Sequence record: PQ536907.1 | Length of the DNA stretch: 64,000 nt | Reading direction: 5' to 3' (one strand) | From: a phage | Shown here: piece by piece, positions 32,115 to 43,620 of the stretch | Numbering within the stretch: position 1 is the stretch's first letter | Layout of the letters: each line of letters starts with the position of its first letter | Position numbers and translations under genes: made by a program | Notes under the pieces: model-generated | What the model was told of the DNA's origin: nothing | What the model saw: only the letters and a program-made list of their open reading frames with translations | Database searches by the model: none

Positions 32115-35100
32115 ATGGCCGAGATTAAAAGAAAGTTCAGAGCAGAAGACGGTCTGGACGCAGGTGGTGATAAAATAATCAACGTAGCTTTAGCTGATCG
32201 TACCGTAGGAACTGACGGTGTTAACGTTGATTACTTAATTCAAGAAAACACAGTTCAACAATACGATCCAACTCGTGGATATTTAAAAGATTTTGTAATC
32301 ATTTATGATAACCGCTTTTGGGCTGCTATAAATGATATTCCAAAACCGGCAGGAGCTTTTAATAGCGGACGCTGGAGAGCATTACGTACCGATGCTAACT
32401 GGATTACGGTTTCATCTGGTTCATATCAATTAAAATCTGGTGAAGCTATTTCGGTTAACACCGCAGCTGGTAATGATATTACATTTACTTTACCATCTAC
32501 CCCAATTGATGGTGATACTATCGTTCTCCAAGATATTGGAGGAAAACCTGGAGTTAACCAAGTTTTAATTGTAGCTCCGGTGCAAAGTATTGTAAACTTC
32601 AGAGGTCAACAAGTACGTTCAGTACTAATGACTCATCCAAAATCGCAGATAGTTTTAATTTTTAGTAATCGTCTGTGGCAAATGTATGTTGCTGATTATA
32701 GTAGAGAAGCTGTAGTTGTAACACCAGCAAGTCTCTATCAGGCGCAATCTAATGATTTTATCGTACGTAGATTTACTTCTGCTGCACCAATTAATGTTAA
32801 ACTTCCAAGATTTGCTAATCATGGCGATATTATTAATTTCGTTGATTTAGATAAACTGAATCCACTTTATCATACAATTGTTACTACATACGATGAAACG
32901 ACTTCAGTACAAGAAGTTGGAACTCATTCCATTGAAGGCCGTACATCAATTGACGGTTTCTTGATGTTTGATGATAATGAGAAATTGTGGAGATTGTTTG
33001 ACGGGGATAGTAAAGCACGTTTACGCATTATAACGACTAATTCTAATATTCGTCCAAACGAAGAAGTCATGGTATTTGGTGCGAATAACGGAACAACTCA
33101 AACAATTGAGCTTCAGCTTCCAACTAATATTTCTGTTGGTGATACTGTTAAAATTTCCATGAATTACATGAGAAAAGGACAAACAGTTAAAATCAAAGCT
33201 GCGGGCGAAGATAAAATTGCTTCTTCAGTTCAATTACTGCAATTCCCAAAACGCTCAGAATATCCACCTGAAGCTGAATGGGTTACAGTTCAAGAATTAG
33301 TTTTTAACGGTGAAACTAATTATGTTCCAGTTTTACAACTTGCTTATATAGAAGATTCTGATGGAAAATACTGGGTTGTACAGCAAAACGTTCCAACTGT
33401 AGAAAGAGTTGATTCTTTAAATGATTCTACTAGAGCAAGATTAGGCGTAATTGCTTTAGCTACACAAGCTCAAGCTAATGTCGATTTAGAAAATTCTCCA
33501 CAAAAAGAATTAGCAATTACTCCAGAAACATTAGCTAACCGTACTGCTACTGAAACTCGCAGAGGTATTGCAAGAATAGCAACTACTGCTCAAGTGAATC
33601 AGAACACCACATTCTCTTTTGCAGATGACCTTATCATTACTCCTAAAAAGCTGAATGAAAGAACTGCTACAGAAACTCGTAGAGGTGTTGCTGAAATTGC
33701 TACGCAGCAAGAAACTAATGCAGGAACCGATGATACTACAATCATCACTCCTAAAAAGCTTCAAGCTCGCCAAGGTTCTGAATCATTATCTGGTATTGTA
33801 ACTTTTGTATCTACTGCAGGTGCTACTCCGGCTTCTAGCCGCGAATTAAATGGTACCAACGTTTATAATAAAAACACTAATAATTTAGTTGTTTCACCTA
33901 AAGCTTTGGATCAGTATAAAGCTACTCCAACGCAACAAGGTGCAGTAATTTTAGCAGTTGAAAGTGAAGTAATTGCTGGACAGAGTCAAGAAGGATGGGC
34001 AAATGCTGTTGTAACGCCAGAAACGTTACATAAAAAGACATCAACTGATGGAAGAATTGGTTTAATTGAAATTGCTACGCAAAGTGAAGTTAATACAGGA
34101 ACTGATTATACTCGTGCAGTCACTCCTAAAACTTTAAATGACCGTAGAGCAACTGAAAGTTTAAGTGGTATAGCTGAAATTGCTACACAAATTGAATTCG
34201 ACGCAGGCGTCGACGATACTCGTATCTCTACACCATTAAAAATTAAAACCAGATTTAATAGTACTGATCGTACTTCTGTTGTTGCTCTATCTGGATTAGT
34301 TGAATCAGGAACTCTCTGGGACCATTATACCCTTAATATTCTTGAAGCAAATGAGACACAGCGTGGTACACTTCGTGTAGCTACACAGGTCGAAGCTGCT
34401 GCAGGAACATTAGATAATGTTTTAATAACTCCTAAAAAGCTTTTAGGTACTAAATCTACCGAATCACAGGAAGGTGTTATTAAAGTTGCAACTCAGTCTG
34501 AAACTGTGACTGGAACGTCAGCAAATACTGCTGTATCTCCAAAAAATTTAAAATGGATTGTGCAGAGTGAACCTACCTGGGCAGCTACTACTGCGATAAG
34601 AGGTTTTGTTAAAACTTCATCTGGTTCAATTACATTCGTTGGTAATGATACAGTCGGTTCTACCCAAGATTTAGAACTGTATGAGAAAAATAGCTATGCA
34701 GTATCACCATATGAATTAAACCGTGTATTAGCAAATTATTTGCCGTTAAAAGCAAAAGCTGTAGATAGTAATTTATTGGATGGTCTAGATTCATCTCAGT
34801 TCATTCGTAGGGATATTGCACAGACGGTTAATGGTTCACTAACCTTAACCCAACAAACGAATCTGAGTGCCCCTCTTGTATCATCTAGTACTGCTGCGTT
34901 TGGTGGTTCAGTTTCGGCAAATAGTACATTAACTATTTCTAATACTGGAACGGCAACTCGTCTGATTTTTGAGAAAGGACCTCAAACTGGAACTAACCCA
35001 GCACAGACGATGACTATTAGAGTTTGGGGAAATCAGTTTGGCGGCGGTTCAGATACAACACGTTCTACTGTATTTGAAGTTGGTGATGAAACGTCTAGTC

Positions 35101-35984
35101 ATTTTTATTCCCAGCGCAATAAAGCTGGAAATATAACATTTAATATCAACGGTACAGTAACACCGATAAATGTGAATGCTTCAGGCACATTGACTGCGAA
35201 TGGTGTAGCAACATTCGGTAGTTCAGTCACAGCAACTGGTGAAATTATATCTCGAAACGCAAATGCTTTCCGTGCTATTAACGGAAATTATGGTTTCATT
35301 GTTCGCAATGATGGGTCAGTAACGAATTTTATGCTTACTGCATCTGGTGATCAGACCGGTGGATTTAATGGATTACGTCCATTATCAATTAATAATCAAT
35401 CCGGTCAAGTCACAATTGGTGAAAGCTTAATCATTGCCAAAGGTGCTACTATAAATTCAGGTGGTTTGACTGTTAACTCGAGAATTCGTTCTCAGGGTAC
35501 TAAAACATCTGATTTATATACCCGTGCGCCAACATCTGATACTGTAGGATTCTGGTCAATCGATATTAACGATTCAGCCACTTATAACCAGTTCCCAGGT
35601 TATTTTAAAATGGTTGAAAAAACTAATGAAGTGACTGGGCTTCCATACTTAGAACGTGGCGAAGAAGTTAAATCTCCTGGTACACTGACTCAGTTTGGTA
35701 ACACACTTGATTCGCTTTACCAAGATTGGATTACTTATCCAACGACACCAGAAGCGCGTACCACTCGTTGGACACGTACATGGCAGAAAACCAAAAACTC
35801 TTGGTCAAGTTTTGTTCAGGTATTTGACGGAGGTAACCCTCCTCAGCCGTCTGATATCGGTGCTTTACCATCTGATAATGCTACAATGGGGAATCTTACT
35901 ATTCGTGATTTCTTACGAATTGGTAATGTTCGCATTATTCCTGACCCAGTGAATAAAACGGTTAAATTTGAATGGGTTGAATAA
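32115..35984 (+). CDS. 34: Long tail fibre proximal subunit gp34
   Basis: 1289 aa (T4 gp34 length); N-terminus MAEIKRKFRAEDGLDAGGDKIINVALADR; internal repeats (TPKKL...RTATETRRG.A.IAT). Confidence 0.96.
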   Translation: MAEIKRKFRAEDGLDAGGDKIINVALADRTVGTDGVNVDYLIQENTVQQYDPTRGYLKDFVIIYDNRFWAAINDIPKPAGAFNSGRWRALRTDANWITVSSGSYQLKSGEAISVNTAAGNDITFTLPSTPIDGDTIVLQDIGGKPGVNQVLIVAPVQSIVNFRGQQVRSVLMTHPKSQIVLIFSNRLWQMYVADYSREAVVVTPASLYQAQSNDFIVRRFTSAAPINVKLPRFANHGDIINFVDLDKLNPLYHTIVTTYDETTSVQEVGTHSIEGRTSIDGFLMFDDNEKLWRLFDGDSKARLRIITTNSNIRPNEEVMVFGANNGTTQTIELQLPTNISVGDTVKISMNYMRKGQTVKIKAAGEDKIASSVQLLQFPKRSEYPPEAEWVTVQELVFNGETNYVPVLQLAYIEDSDGKYWVVQQNVPTVERVDSLNDSTRARLGVIALATQAQANVDLENSPQKELAITPETLANRTATETRRGIARIATTAQVNQNTTFSFADDLIITPKKLNERTATETRRGVAEIATQQETNAGTDDTTIITPKKLQARQGSESLSGIVTFVSTAGATPASSRELNGTNVYNKNTNNLVVSPKALDQYKATPTQQGAVILAVESEVIAGQSQEGWANAVVTPETLHKKTSTDGRIGLIEIATQSEVNTGTDYTRAVTPKTLNDRRATESLSGIAEIATQIEFDAGVDDTRISTPLKIKTRFNSTDRTSVVALSGLVESGTLWDHYTLNILEANETQRGTLRVATQVEAAAGTLDNVLITPKKLLGTKSTESQEGVIKVATQSETVTGTSANTAVSPKNLKWIVQSEPTWAATTAIRGFVKTSSGSITFVGNDTVGSTQDLELYEKNSYAVSPYELNRVLANYLPLKAKAVDSNLLDGLDSSQFIRRDIAQTVNGSLTLTQQTNLSAPLVSSSTAAFGGSVSANSTLTISNTGTATRLIFEKGPQTGTNPAQTMTIRVWGNQFGGGSDTTRSTVFEVGDETSSHFYSQRNKAGNITFNINGTVTPINVNASGTLTANGVATFGSSVTATGEIISRNANAFRAINGNYGFIVRNDGSVTNFMLTASGDQTGGFNGLRPLSINNQSGQVTIGESLIIAKGATINSGGLTVNSRIRSQGTKTSDLYTRAPTSDTVGFWSIDINDSATYNQFPGYFKMVEKTNEVTGLPYLERGEEVKSPGTLTQFGNTLDSLYQDWITYPTTPEARTTRWTRTWQKTKNSWSSFVQVFDGGNPPQPSDIGALPSDNATMGNLTIRDFLRIGNVRIIPDPVNKTVKFEWVE

Positions 35985-35992
35985 GAGGTATT

Positions 35993-37108
35993 ATGGAAAA
36001 ATTTATGGCAGAGTTTGGACAAGGATATGTCCAAACGCCATTTTTATCGGAAAGTAATTCAGTAAGATACAAAATAAGTATAGCGGGTTCTTGCCCGCTT
36101 TCTACAGCAGGACCATACGTTAAATTTCAGGATAATCCTGTAGGAAGTCAAACATTTAGCGCAGGCCTTCATTTAAGAGTTTTTGACCCTTCCACAGGAG
36201 CATTAGTTGATAGTAAGTCATATGCTTTTTCGACTTCAAATGATACTACATCAGCTGCTTTTGTTAGTTTCATGAATTCTTTGACGAATAATCGAATTGT
36301 TGCTATATTAACTAACGGAAAGGTTAATTTTCCTCCTGAAGTAGTATCTTGGTTAAGAACCGCCGGAACGTCTGCCTTTCCATCTGATTCTATATTGTCA
36401 AGATTTGACGTATCATATGCTGCTTTTTACACTTCTTCTAAACGAGCTATTGCATTAGAACATGTTAAACTGAGTAATAGAAAAAGCACAGATGATTATC
36501 AAACTATTTTAGATGTTGTATTTGACAGTTTAGAAGATGTCGGAGCTACCGGGTTTCCAAGAAGAACGTATGAAAGCGTTGAGCAATTTATGTCAGCGGT
36601 TGGTGGAACTAATAACGAAATTGTGAGATTGCCAACTTCAGCTGCTATAAGTAAACTCTCTGATTATAATTTAATTCCTGGTGATGTTCTTTATCTTAAA
36701 GCACAGCTATATGCTGATGCTGATTTACTTGCACTTGGAACTACAAATATATCTATCCGTTTTTATAATGCATCTAATGGATATATTTCCTCGACACAAG
36801 CTGAGTTTACTGGGCAAGCTGGGTCATGGGAATTAAAGGAAGATTATGTAGTTGTTCCAGAAAACGCAGTAGGATTTACGATATATGCACAAAGAACTGC
36901 ACAAGCTGGCCAAGGCGGCATGAGAAATTTAAGCTTTTCTGAAGTATCAAGAAACGGCGGCATTTCGAAACCTGCTGAATTTGGCGTCAATGGTATTCGT
37001 GTTAATTATATCTGTGAATCCGCTTCACCTCCGGATATAATGGTACTTCCTACGCAAGCATCGTCTAAAACTGGTAAAGTGTTTGGACAAGAATTTAGAG
37101 AAGTTTAA
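35993..37108 (+). CDS. 35: Long tail fibre hinge connector gp35
   Basis: 371 aa (T4 gp35 372 aa); synteny. Confidence 0.9.
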   Translation: MEKFMAEFGQGYVQTPFLSESNSVRYKISIAGSCPLSTAGPYVKFQDNPVGSQTFSAGLHLRVFDPSTGALVDSKSYAFSTSNDTTSAAFVSFMNSLTNNRIVAILTNGKVNFPPEVVSWLRTAGTSAFPSDSILSRFDVSYAAFYTSSKRAIALEHVKLSNRKSTDDYQTILDVVFDSLEDVGATGFPRRTYESVEQFMSAVGGTNNEIVRLPTSAAISKLSDYNLIPGDVLYLKAQLYADADLLALGTTNISIRFYNASNGYISSTQAEFTGQAGSWELKEDYVVVPENAVGFTIYAQRTAQAGQGGMRNLSFSEVSRNGGISKPAEFGVNGIRVNYICESASPPDIMVLPTQASSKTGKVFGQEFREV

Positions 37109-37113
37109 ATTGA

Positions 37114-37140
37114 GGGAGCCTTCGGGTTCCCTTTTTCTTT
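37114..37140 (+). terminator. Rho-independent terminator after gene 35
   Basis: Stem gggagcc / loop ttcg / ggttccc followed by tttttcttt. Confidence 0.55.
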
Positions 37141-37147
37141 ATAAATA
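37140..37147 (+). promoter_or_regulatory. Late promoter (TATAAATA) for gene 36
   Basis: Exact TATAAATA 24 nt upstream of the gene 36 ATG. Confidence 0.65.
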
Positions 37148-37170
37148 CTATTAAAATAAAGGGGCATACA

Positions 37171-37836
37171 ATGGCTGATTTAAAAGTAGGTTCAACAACC
37201 GGAGGCTCTGTCATTTGGCATCAAGGAAATTTTCCATTGAATCCAGCCGGTGACGATGTACTCTATAAATCATTTAAAATATATTCAGAATATAATAAAC
37301 CACAAGCTGCTGATAACGATTTCGTTTCTAAAGCTAATGGTGGTACTTATGCATCAAAGGTAACATTTAACGGCGGTGTTCAAATACCATATGCTATAAA
37401 CAATACAAATCAATCTGGTATTTATCCTGGTAATGGAGATGCAGCTACTTTTGCTACAGCAAATATTGATATTGTTTCATGGTATGGTATTGGTTTTAAA
37501 TCATCACAGGGTTCAGCAGCCAGAACTGTAGTAATCAATACACGTAATGGTGATATTAGTACAAAAGGTGTTGTATCCGCTGCAGGTCAAGTAAGAAGTG
37601 ATATGCCGACGCCAATTGCGGCGAATGACCTTACTAGAAAGGACTATGTTGATGGAGCAATAAATACTGTTACAGCAAATGCGAACTCTAGAGTGTTGCG
37701 TTCTGGCGACACTATGACAGGTAATTTAACCGCGCCAAACTTTTTCTCGCAGAATCCCGCATCTCAACCTTCACATGTTCCACGATTTGACCAAATCGTA
37801 ATTAAGGATTCTGTTCAAGATTTCGGCTATTATTAA
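37171..37836 (+). CDS. 36: Long tail fibre distal connector gp36
   Basis: 221 aa (T4 gp36 length); synteny. Confidence 0.9.
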   Translation: MADLKVGSTTGGSVIWHQGNFPLNPAGDDVLYKSFKIYSEYNKPQAADNDFVSKANGGTYASKVTFNGGVQIPYAINNTNQSGIYPGNGDAATFATANIDIVSWYGIGFKSSQGSAARTVVINTRNGDISTKGVVSAAGQVRSDMPTPIAANDLTRKDYVDGAINTVTANANSRVLRSGDTMTGNLTAPNFFSQNPASQPSHVPRFDQIVIKDSVQDFGYY

Positions 37837-37844
37837 GAGGACTT

Positions 37845-40800
37845 ATGGCTACTTTAAAACAAATACAATTTAAAAGAAGCAAAACCGCAGGTGCACGTCC
37901 TGCTGCTTCAGTATTAGCCGAAGGTGAATTGGCTATAAACTTAAAAGATAGAACACTTTTTACTAAAGATGATACAGGAAATATCATTGATTTAAGTATT
38001 TCCGCTGGCGGTAATATCAGTGGAAATATCACTCAAACTGGTGATTATTTACAAAATGGAACATATAATCTTAATGGAAACCAGTTTGTTTATGCTGGTA
38101 AATATATTGAATTCCTGCCTAAAACCGCGGGTAATGGTGCTTGGGCAAACCAACATAAAAATAAAGCTCCTATCTTTACCGATTTGAGTTCAACTACTTC
38201 TACTTCAGAATACCATCCGCTAATTAAACAACGCTATAAAGATGGAACTTTTTCTGTTGGTACGTTAGTAAATGAAGGAAGTTTTAAAATTCAATATATC
38301 AATGAATCTGGTGATTCAAAATATTGGACTTTTAATCGAAACGGTAGTTTTATTGTAGATAATGGCAATATTAAAGTTCGTGCTGGTAATATTTCCGCTT
38401 CAGGCAATATTAATTCAGCTACTGGGATGGTTTCTGCTCCACAGATTAATACAAAAACCATAGTTTTTAATACAAAAGCATTCGGACAATATGATTCGCA
38501 GTCATTAGTTCAATATGTTTATCCTGGAACAGGTGAAACAAACGGAATCAATTACCTTCGCAAATTCCGTGCTAAATCTGGTGGTACAATTTATCATGAA
38601 TTAGCTTCTGCGCAAACCGGAAAAAGTGATGAACTTTCTTGGTGGACTGGTAATACAGCGGTTAATAAACAAATGGGCCTTCGCAATGATGGGTCTTTAG
38701 TACTACGACGTTCACTTGCAATTGGTACAATTACAACAGATGAAAACATCAATAACTACGGTTCCACTGGAGCAATGGGCAAATGTTATATAGTTATCGG
38801 TGATGCATCAACGGGTTTATCATACAAAAAAACTGGGGTATATGACTTAGTTGCTAGTGGTCTTTCTGTAGCATCTATTACTCCTGATAGTTTCCGTAGT
38901 ACGCGCAAAGCGATTTTTGGACGCTCGGAAGACCAAGGTGGTACGTGGATTCTTCCTGGTCAAAACGCAGCTCTTCTTTCAGTTCATACTGAAGTTGACC
39001 AAAACAATAATGGAGATGGTCAGACACATATTGGCTATAATAGTAATGGTAAATTTTATCATTATTTTAGAGGCAGAGGAAGAATGGCCATTGGAATGGC
39101 CGAAGGACTTATTGTTGAACCAGGAATTTTAGATATTAAAACTGGTTCAAATACATTAAGTTTGCGTGCTGATGGTACCGTCGCTTCTGTTCAAACATTA
39201 AAGCTTAATAATGGATTATATTTTAATAGTGATGGAACTAACGCTTCTCTAATTTTTAAAGCAGCTTCAGGTATTGATGGTACTAAACAAATACTTTGGG
39301 AAGGTGGTACTCGTGCTGGGCAGAATAAGAGCTATGTAACTGCTAAAGCTTGGGGAAATTCATTTAATTCATCTGGCGATCGTAATCGTGAAACGGTTTT
39401 TGAAGTATCAGATGGACAAGGATATTATTTTTATGCTCAACGTGTAGCTCCTGCACCAGGTTCAACAACTGGAGTAGTTCAATTTAGAGTTGCTGGAGCA
39501 TTATTAACTTCTGGTGGCATTACATCATCCGGTTCTATTGTTACTGAATCTAGTTTAGTTGCTAATAATGGATTATCTGTAAATGGTCAAGCTAAATTTG
39601 GTGGAACAGCAGATGCATTAAGAATTTGGAATGCTGAATACGGCGCAATTTTCCGTCGTTCAGAAGCATCATTACATATTATCCCGACTCCTAAAGATGC
39701 TGGTGAAAGTGGTGGAATAAGTAATCTCCGCCCGCTAAGTATTAGTCTTAATAATGGTATGGTACAAATGCGCCATTCTGTTACGTTAGGCGATGATGGC
39801 ACTGGCGGTAATATGATTACTGTGGACAACGATAACAAACGTGTTGTTGTTGCTAGTAATAGTCGTATTGCTCCTAATTTCAGAATGCAATTAGGACAAT
39901 CATCTTATATTGATGTAGAATGTACTGATGCTGCTCGCCCAGCCGGTGCAGGTTCATTTGCATCCCAGAATGACGCAAACGTAAGAGCTCCAATTTATAT
40001 GAATATAGAGCGTACTGCTGCTTCTGAATATATTCCAATTGTTAAACAGCGGTATGTAAATGGTGATAGTACTTATTCTATTGGCACCTTAATTTCTCAA
40101 GGAGACTTTCGCGTTCATTATCACCAGGGTACTAGTACTACCGGTACTGATTTAAGCTGGGAATTCCGTCGCAATGGTGATTTCCGCGCGGCAGGTAAAA
40201 TTATTGCCGGTGCTGCTACTTTTGGCACTGATGGTAATATTACTGGTGGTTCAGGAAACTTTGCCAACTTAAACAGCACAATTGAATCACTTAAAACTGA
40301 TATTGTTTCAAGTTATCCTATTGGGGCTCCTATTCCATGGCCAACGGATACTCCTCCTGACGGTTACGCTATTATGGAAGGCCAGACCTTTGATAAGTCT
40401 GCGTATCCAAAGCTAGCTGTTGCATATCCTAGTGGCGTTATTCCGGATATGCGCGGGCAAACTATTAAAGGTAAACCGAGTGGTCGTAATGTATTAAGCG
40501 CGGAAGCTGATGGTATTAAGTCTCATACCCATGGAGCATCTGCATCCAATACAGATTTAGGTACTAAAACTACATCAAGCTTTGATTATGGCACTAAGAC
40601 CTCTTCAAGTTTTGACTATGGTACTAAAACCAGTAATACCACAGGTAACCACTCTCATACTGTAAGCGGTACTACGAGTTCTGCTGGTGCACACCAACAT
40701 GCGCGCTCAGGTCCTCAGTTACAAGCCGGCATACCCAATAACATATTCTATGACGGATATAATACTGTAGGTGCAAACGCCAACGCTAAAATCACCGGAT

Positions 40801-41069
40801 CTGTGAGCGGTGCTACTGCAGGGTCAAATATAGCCAAAACTTCTTCAGACGGTGCTCATACTCATACTTGGTCTGGTACTACAAGCACTACAGGTAACCA
40901 TGCTCACACAGTAGGTATTGGTGCTCATACCCATACTGTAGGTATCGGTGCTCATACCCACACGGTAGCAATTGGCTCGCATGGTCATACTATCACTGTA
41001 AATAGTACAGGTAATACAGAAAACACGGTTAAAAACATCGCTTTTAACTATATCGTTCGTTTAGCATAA
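37845..41069 (+). CDS. 37: Long tail fibre distal subunit gp37 (receptor-binding tip, T4 type)
   Basis: 1074 aa; C-terminal tandem His boxes ([24 protein letters not shown]); followed by a 183-aa gp38 chaperone rather than an adhesin-type gp38. Confidence 0.93.
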   Translation: MATLKQIQFKRSKTAGARPAASVLAEGELAINLKDRTLFTKDDTGNIIDLSISAGGNISGNITQTGDYLQNGTYNLNGNQFVYAGKYIEFLPKTAGNGAWANQHKNKAPIFTDLSSTTSTSEYHPLIKQRYKDGTFSVGTLVNEGSFKIQYINESGDSKYWTFNRNGSFIVDNGNIKVRAGNISASGNINSATGMVSAPQINTKTIVFNTKAFGQYDSQSLVQYVYPGTGETNGINYLRKFRAKSGGTIYHELASAQTGKSDELSWWTGNTAVNKQMGLRNDGSLVLRRSLAIGTITTDENINNYGSTGAMGKCYIVIGDASTGLSYKKTGVYDLVASGLSVASITPDSFRSTRKAIFGRSEDQGGTWILPGQNAALLSVHTEVDQNNNGDGQTHIGYNSNGKFYHYFRGRGRMAIGMAEGLIVEPGILDIKTGSNTLSLRADGTVASVQTLKLNNGLYFNSDGTNASLIFKAASGIDGTKQILWEGGTRAGQNKSYVTAKAWGNSFNSSGDRNRETVFEVSDGQGYYFYAQRVAPAPGSTTGVVQFRVAGALLTSGGITSSGSIVTESSLVANNGLSVNGQAKFGGTADALRIWNAEYGAIFRRSEASLHIIPTPKDAGESGGISNLRPLSISLNNGMVQMRHSVTLGDDGTGGNMITVDNDNKRVVVASNSRIAPNFRMQLGQSSYIDVECTDAARPAGAGSFASQNDANVRAPIYMNIERTAASEYIPIVKQRYVNGDSTYSIGTLISQGDFRVHYHQGTSTTGTDLSWEFRRNGDFRAAGKIIAGAATFGTDGNITGGSGNFANLNSTIESLKTDIVSSYPIGAPIPWPTDTPPDGYAIMEGQTFDKSAYPKLAVAYPSGVIPDMRGQTIKGKPSGRNVLSAEADGIKSHTHGASASNTDLGTKTTSSFDYGTKTSSSFDYGTKTSNTTGNHSHTVSGTTSSAGAHQHARSGPQLQAGIPNNIFYDGYNTVGANANAKITGSVSGATAGSNIAKTSSDGAHTHTWSGTTSTTGNHAHTVGIGAHTHTVGIGAHTHTVAIGSHGHTITVNSTGNTENTVKNIAFNYIVRLA

Positions 41070-41096
41070 GGAGAGGGGCTTCGGCCCCTTCTGAAC
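41068..41096 (+). promoter_or_regulatory. Translation-initiation-region hairpin between the ribosome-binding site and ATG of gene 38
   Basis: AAGGAG, then hairpin aggggc-ttcg-gcccct, then ATG; folding would bring the ribosome-binding site close to the start codon. Confidence 0.5.
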
Positions 41097-41648
41097 ATGA
41101 AAATTTATCATTATTATTTTGACACTAAAGAATTTTATAAAGAAGAAAATTATAAACCAATTAAAGGATTAGGTCTTCCTGCACATTCAACAACTAAAAA
41201 ACCTTTAGAACCTAAAGAAGGATATGCGGTTGTATTTGATGAAAGAATTCAAGATTGGATTTATGAAGAAGACCATCGCGGCAAACGAGCATGGACTTTT
41301 AATAAAGAAGAAATTTTTATAAGTGACATTGGAAGCCCGGTTGGTATAACCTTTGATGAGCCCGGCGAATTTGATATATGGACTGATGACGGTTGGAAAG
41401 AAGACGAAACATATAAACGCGTTTTAATTCGCAATAGAAAAATTGAAGAATTATACAAAGAATTCCAAGTTTTAAATAATATGATTGAAGCTTCTGTCGC
41501 GAATAAAAAGGAAAAATTCTATTATAAAAACCTTAAGCGGTTCTTTGCTCTTTTAGAAAAGCATGAGCATTTAGGTGGTGAATTCCCTTCATGGCCTGAA
41601 AAAGAACGGAAACCTTGGTATAAGCGTTTATTCAAGCATTACGTATAA
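41097..41648 (+). CDS. 38: Tail fibre assembly chaperone gp38
   Basis: 183 aa (T4 gp38 length); N-terminus MKIYHYYFDTKEFYKEENYKPIKGLGLP. Confidence 0.9.
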   Translation: MKIYHYYFDTKEFYKEENYKPIKGLGLPAHSTTKKPLEPKEGYAVVFDERIQDWIYEEDHRGKRAWTFNKEEIFISDIGSPVGITFDEPGEFDIWTDDGWKEDETYKRVLIRNRKIEELYKEFQVLNNMIEASVANKKEKFYYKNLKRFFALLEKHEHLGGEFPSWPEKERKPWYKRLFKHYV

Positions 41649-41668
41649 ATATCTTAAAAGGAGGGTCT

Positions 41669-42325
41669 ATGGCAGCACCTAGAATATCATTTTCGCCCTC
41701 TGATATTCTATTTGGTGTTCTAGATCGCTTGTTCAAAGATAACGCTACTGGGAAAGTTCTTGCTTCCCGGGTAGCTGTCGTAATTCTTTTATTTATGATG
41801 GCGATTGTTTGGTATAGGGGAGATAGTTTCTTTGAGTACTATAAGCAATCAAAGTATGAAACATACAGTGAAATTATTGAAAAGGAAAGAAATGCACGCT
41901 TTGAATCTGTCGCCCTGGAACAACTCCAGATAGTTCATATATCATCTGAGGCAGACTTTAGTGCGGTGTATTCTTTCCGCCCTAAAAACTTAAACTATTT
42001 TGTTGATATTATAGCATACGAAGGAAGATTACCTTCAACAATAACTGAAAAATCACTTGGAGGATATCCTGTTGATAAAACTATGGATGAATATATAGTT
42101 CATTTAAATGGACGTCATTATTATTCTGACTCAAAATTTGCTTTTTTACCAACTAAAAAGCCTACTCCCGAAATAAACTACATGTACAGTTGTCCATATT
42201 TTAATTTGGATAATATCTATGCTGGAACGATAACCATGTACTGGTATAGAAATGATCATATAAGTAATGACCGCCTTGAATCAATATGCGCTCAGGCGGC
42301 CAGAATATTAGGAAGGGCTAAATAA
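41669..42325 (+). CDS. t: Holin T
   Basis: 218 aa; N-terminal transmembrane segment plus large periplasmic domain; matches T4 T as I recall it. Confidence 0.93.
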   Translation: MAAPRISFSPSDILFGVLDRLFKDNATGKVLASRVAVVILLFMMAIVWYRGDSFFEYYKQSKYETYSEIIEKERNARFESVALEQLQIVHISSEADFSAVYSFRPKNLNYFVDIIAYEGRLPSTITEKSLGGYPVDKTMDEYIVHLNGRHYYSDSKFAFLPTKKPTPEINYMYSCPYFNLDNIYAGTITMYWYRNDHISNDRLESICAQAARILGRAK

Positions 42326-42598
42326 TTATTTGTTCGTATACATCTCTAGATATCGATATACACCCTCAAAACCCTCGTTGAATTCGTCGATGAGGGTTTT
42401 CTTATCTTCTTGAGTTAATTCAGAAACAATTTTACGGAATGAATTCTGATTTAATTTTCTACCTTCATGCGTTACTCCAATCTCATTCAGAAATGCAATA
42501 AAATTAGCACGATTCTCAACAATATCTTCTCTGGAAAATTTAATCAAAATAGACGCAACAGTAATAATTTCACGAACTGTATCAATGTTTTTATTCAT
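42326..42598 (-). CDS. asiA: Anti-sigma-70 factor AsiA
   Basis: 90 aa; N-terminus MNKNIDTVREIITVASILIKFSREDIVENRANFIAFLNEIGVTHEGRKL. Confidence 0.9.
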   Translation of the reverse strand: MNKNIDTVREIITVASILIKFSREDIVENRANFIAFLNEIGVTHEGRKLNQNSFRKIVSELTQEDKKTLIDEFNEGFEGVYRYLEMYTNK

Positions 42599-42610
42599 TA
42601 ACTATACCAC

Positions 42611-42763
42611 TCAATTAGTTGACTTTGTTATAATATCATCAGACGCTTGATTTGTAAACTGGTCTGTGTTATTTTCTTCAAAAATTTTTTCTACGAATTC
42701 CTTGAACGACTTACGTTCCTGAGCTACATTATGCTCGATTACTTTTTCAAGATTATGACTCAT
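42611..42763 (-). CDS. Small hypothetical protein (about 50 aa, below the track cutoff)
   Basis: Hand-translated ORF MSHNLEKVIEHNVAQERKSFKEFVEKIFEENNTDQFTNQASDDIITKSTN; its ATG overlaps the arn stop (ATGA). Confidence 0.4.
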   Translation of the reverse strand: MSHNLEKVIEHNVAQERKSFKEFVEKIFEENNTDQFTNQASDDIITKSTN

Positions 42764-43038
42764 TCGAAATAATCTTCAATTTCATAATCATGGACGTAAA
42801 TCATTATAGTTTTTAATACATCATCAATACTTTTTCCTGGAGCTGGAATTACGTAGAAATATCCTGCTTTTGAGAGGTCTTTATAAGTTCCAATCAAGAA
42901 ATCATTATTCTCAAGATGTAGTTCTTCAACTAATTCATTAACAATTGAATGGTATAGGTTTGGTAGAAACTTATATAGCTTTTCTAGAATATCAATTTTG
43001 ATTGTGTATTGAACCACGGATTGAGAATCAATAATCAT
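42760..43038 (-). CDS. arn: Anti-restriction nuclease Arn (McrBC inhibitor)
   Basis: 92 aa, acidic; position next to asiA as in T4. Confidence 0.8.
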   Translation of the reverse strand: MIIDSQSVVQYTIKIDILEKLYKFLPNLYHSIVNELVEELHLENNDFLIGTYKDLSKAGYFYVIPAPGKSIDDVLKTIMIYVHDYEIEDYFE

Positions 43039-43121
43039 AGACCTTCCCCTTATGTTTCTGTTTGCGATTAGATTCTTTAAACGCTTTCTTCTTATCCTTA
43101 TGAACAGAAGCTTTATTAAAA

Positions 43122-43340
43122 TTATGTTTTGCGACTAAATTGTTCATAGTGCTGAATTACCTCTCTCAAACATTTGCATGTGAATGAAAACTTTTTAGCT
43201 ACACCACATTCAAATATATGTTCTCTTAAATCGTGTGTATCCGTATATCCCATCTCAACAATAAAATGCCGTATTAGATTTTTATCTTTATCATTGAGAG
43301 AATTAAAATAATCAGATTTTGAATTAATTTCCCTGGCCAA
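43122..43340 (-). CDS. Hypothetical Cys/His-containing protein (72 aa)
   Basis: ORF with HxxxC...CxC...H pattern suggesting a small metal-binding protein. Confidence 0.45.
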   Translation of the reverse strand: MAREINSKSDYFNSLNDKDKNLIRHFIVEMGYTDTHDLREHIFECGVAKKFSFTCKCLREVIQHYEQFSRKT

Positions 43341-43620
43341 ATTGAATCACCTTCAGTTGACGTTTTAATTCTTTTATCATTTCTTCGTTCATCGCAATAT
43401 AAAGATCGCGTAAAGCAGGTTTTAGCATGTCATTTATTATAGAACTAAATGGACATACATAATCTTTTCCTACGAGCTTTTTGGTGAATTCCATATCACA
43501 GAACTTAAATCCCGGCTCATTGGTATAAATTCCCCAATTAGTTGACATCATTTTATTGGCATATTCTAGTGCCTGGATTTGATTCATAATTCCATCAATT
43601 TGAAACTTTTTAATATTCAT
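43324..43620 (-). CDS. Hypothetical protein (98 aa)
   Basis: ORF overlapping its neighbours. Confidence 0.45.
   Translation of the reverse strand: MNIKKFQIDGIMNQIQALEYANKMMSTNWGIYTNEPGFKFCDMEFTKKLVGKDYVCPFSSIINDMLKPALRDLYIAMNEEMIKELKRQLKVIQFGQGN

Noticed and set aside
33500-34500. Repeated roughly 60-90-nt units in the middle of the window
   Set aside because: These are in-frame internal protein repeats of gp34 (TPKKL...RTATETRRG...IAT), a known property of the proximal fibre, not a mobile element.
40500-41069. Short tandem direct repeats (ggtattggtgctcatacccatactgta units) that could suggest a CRISPR-like or minisatellite array
   Set aside because: They lie in frame inside gp37 and encode the His-box repeats of the fibre tip; there are no spacers and no cas genes.
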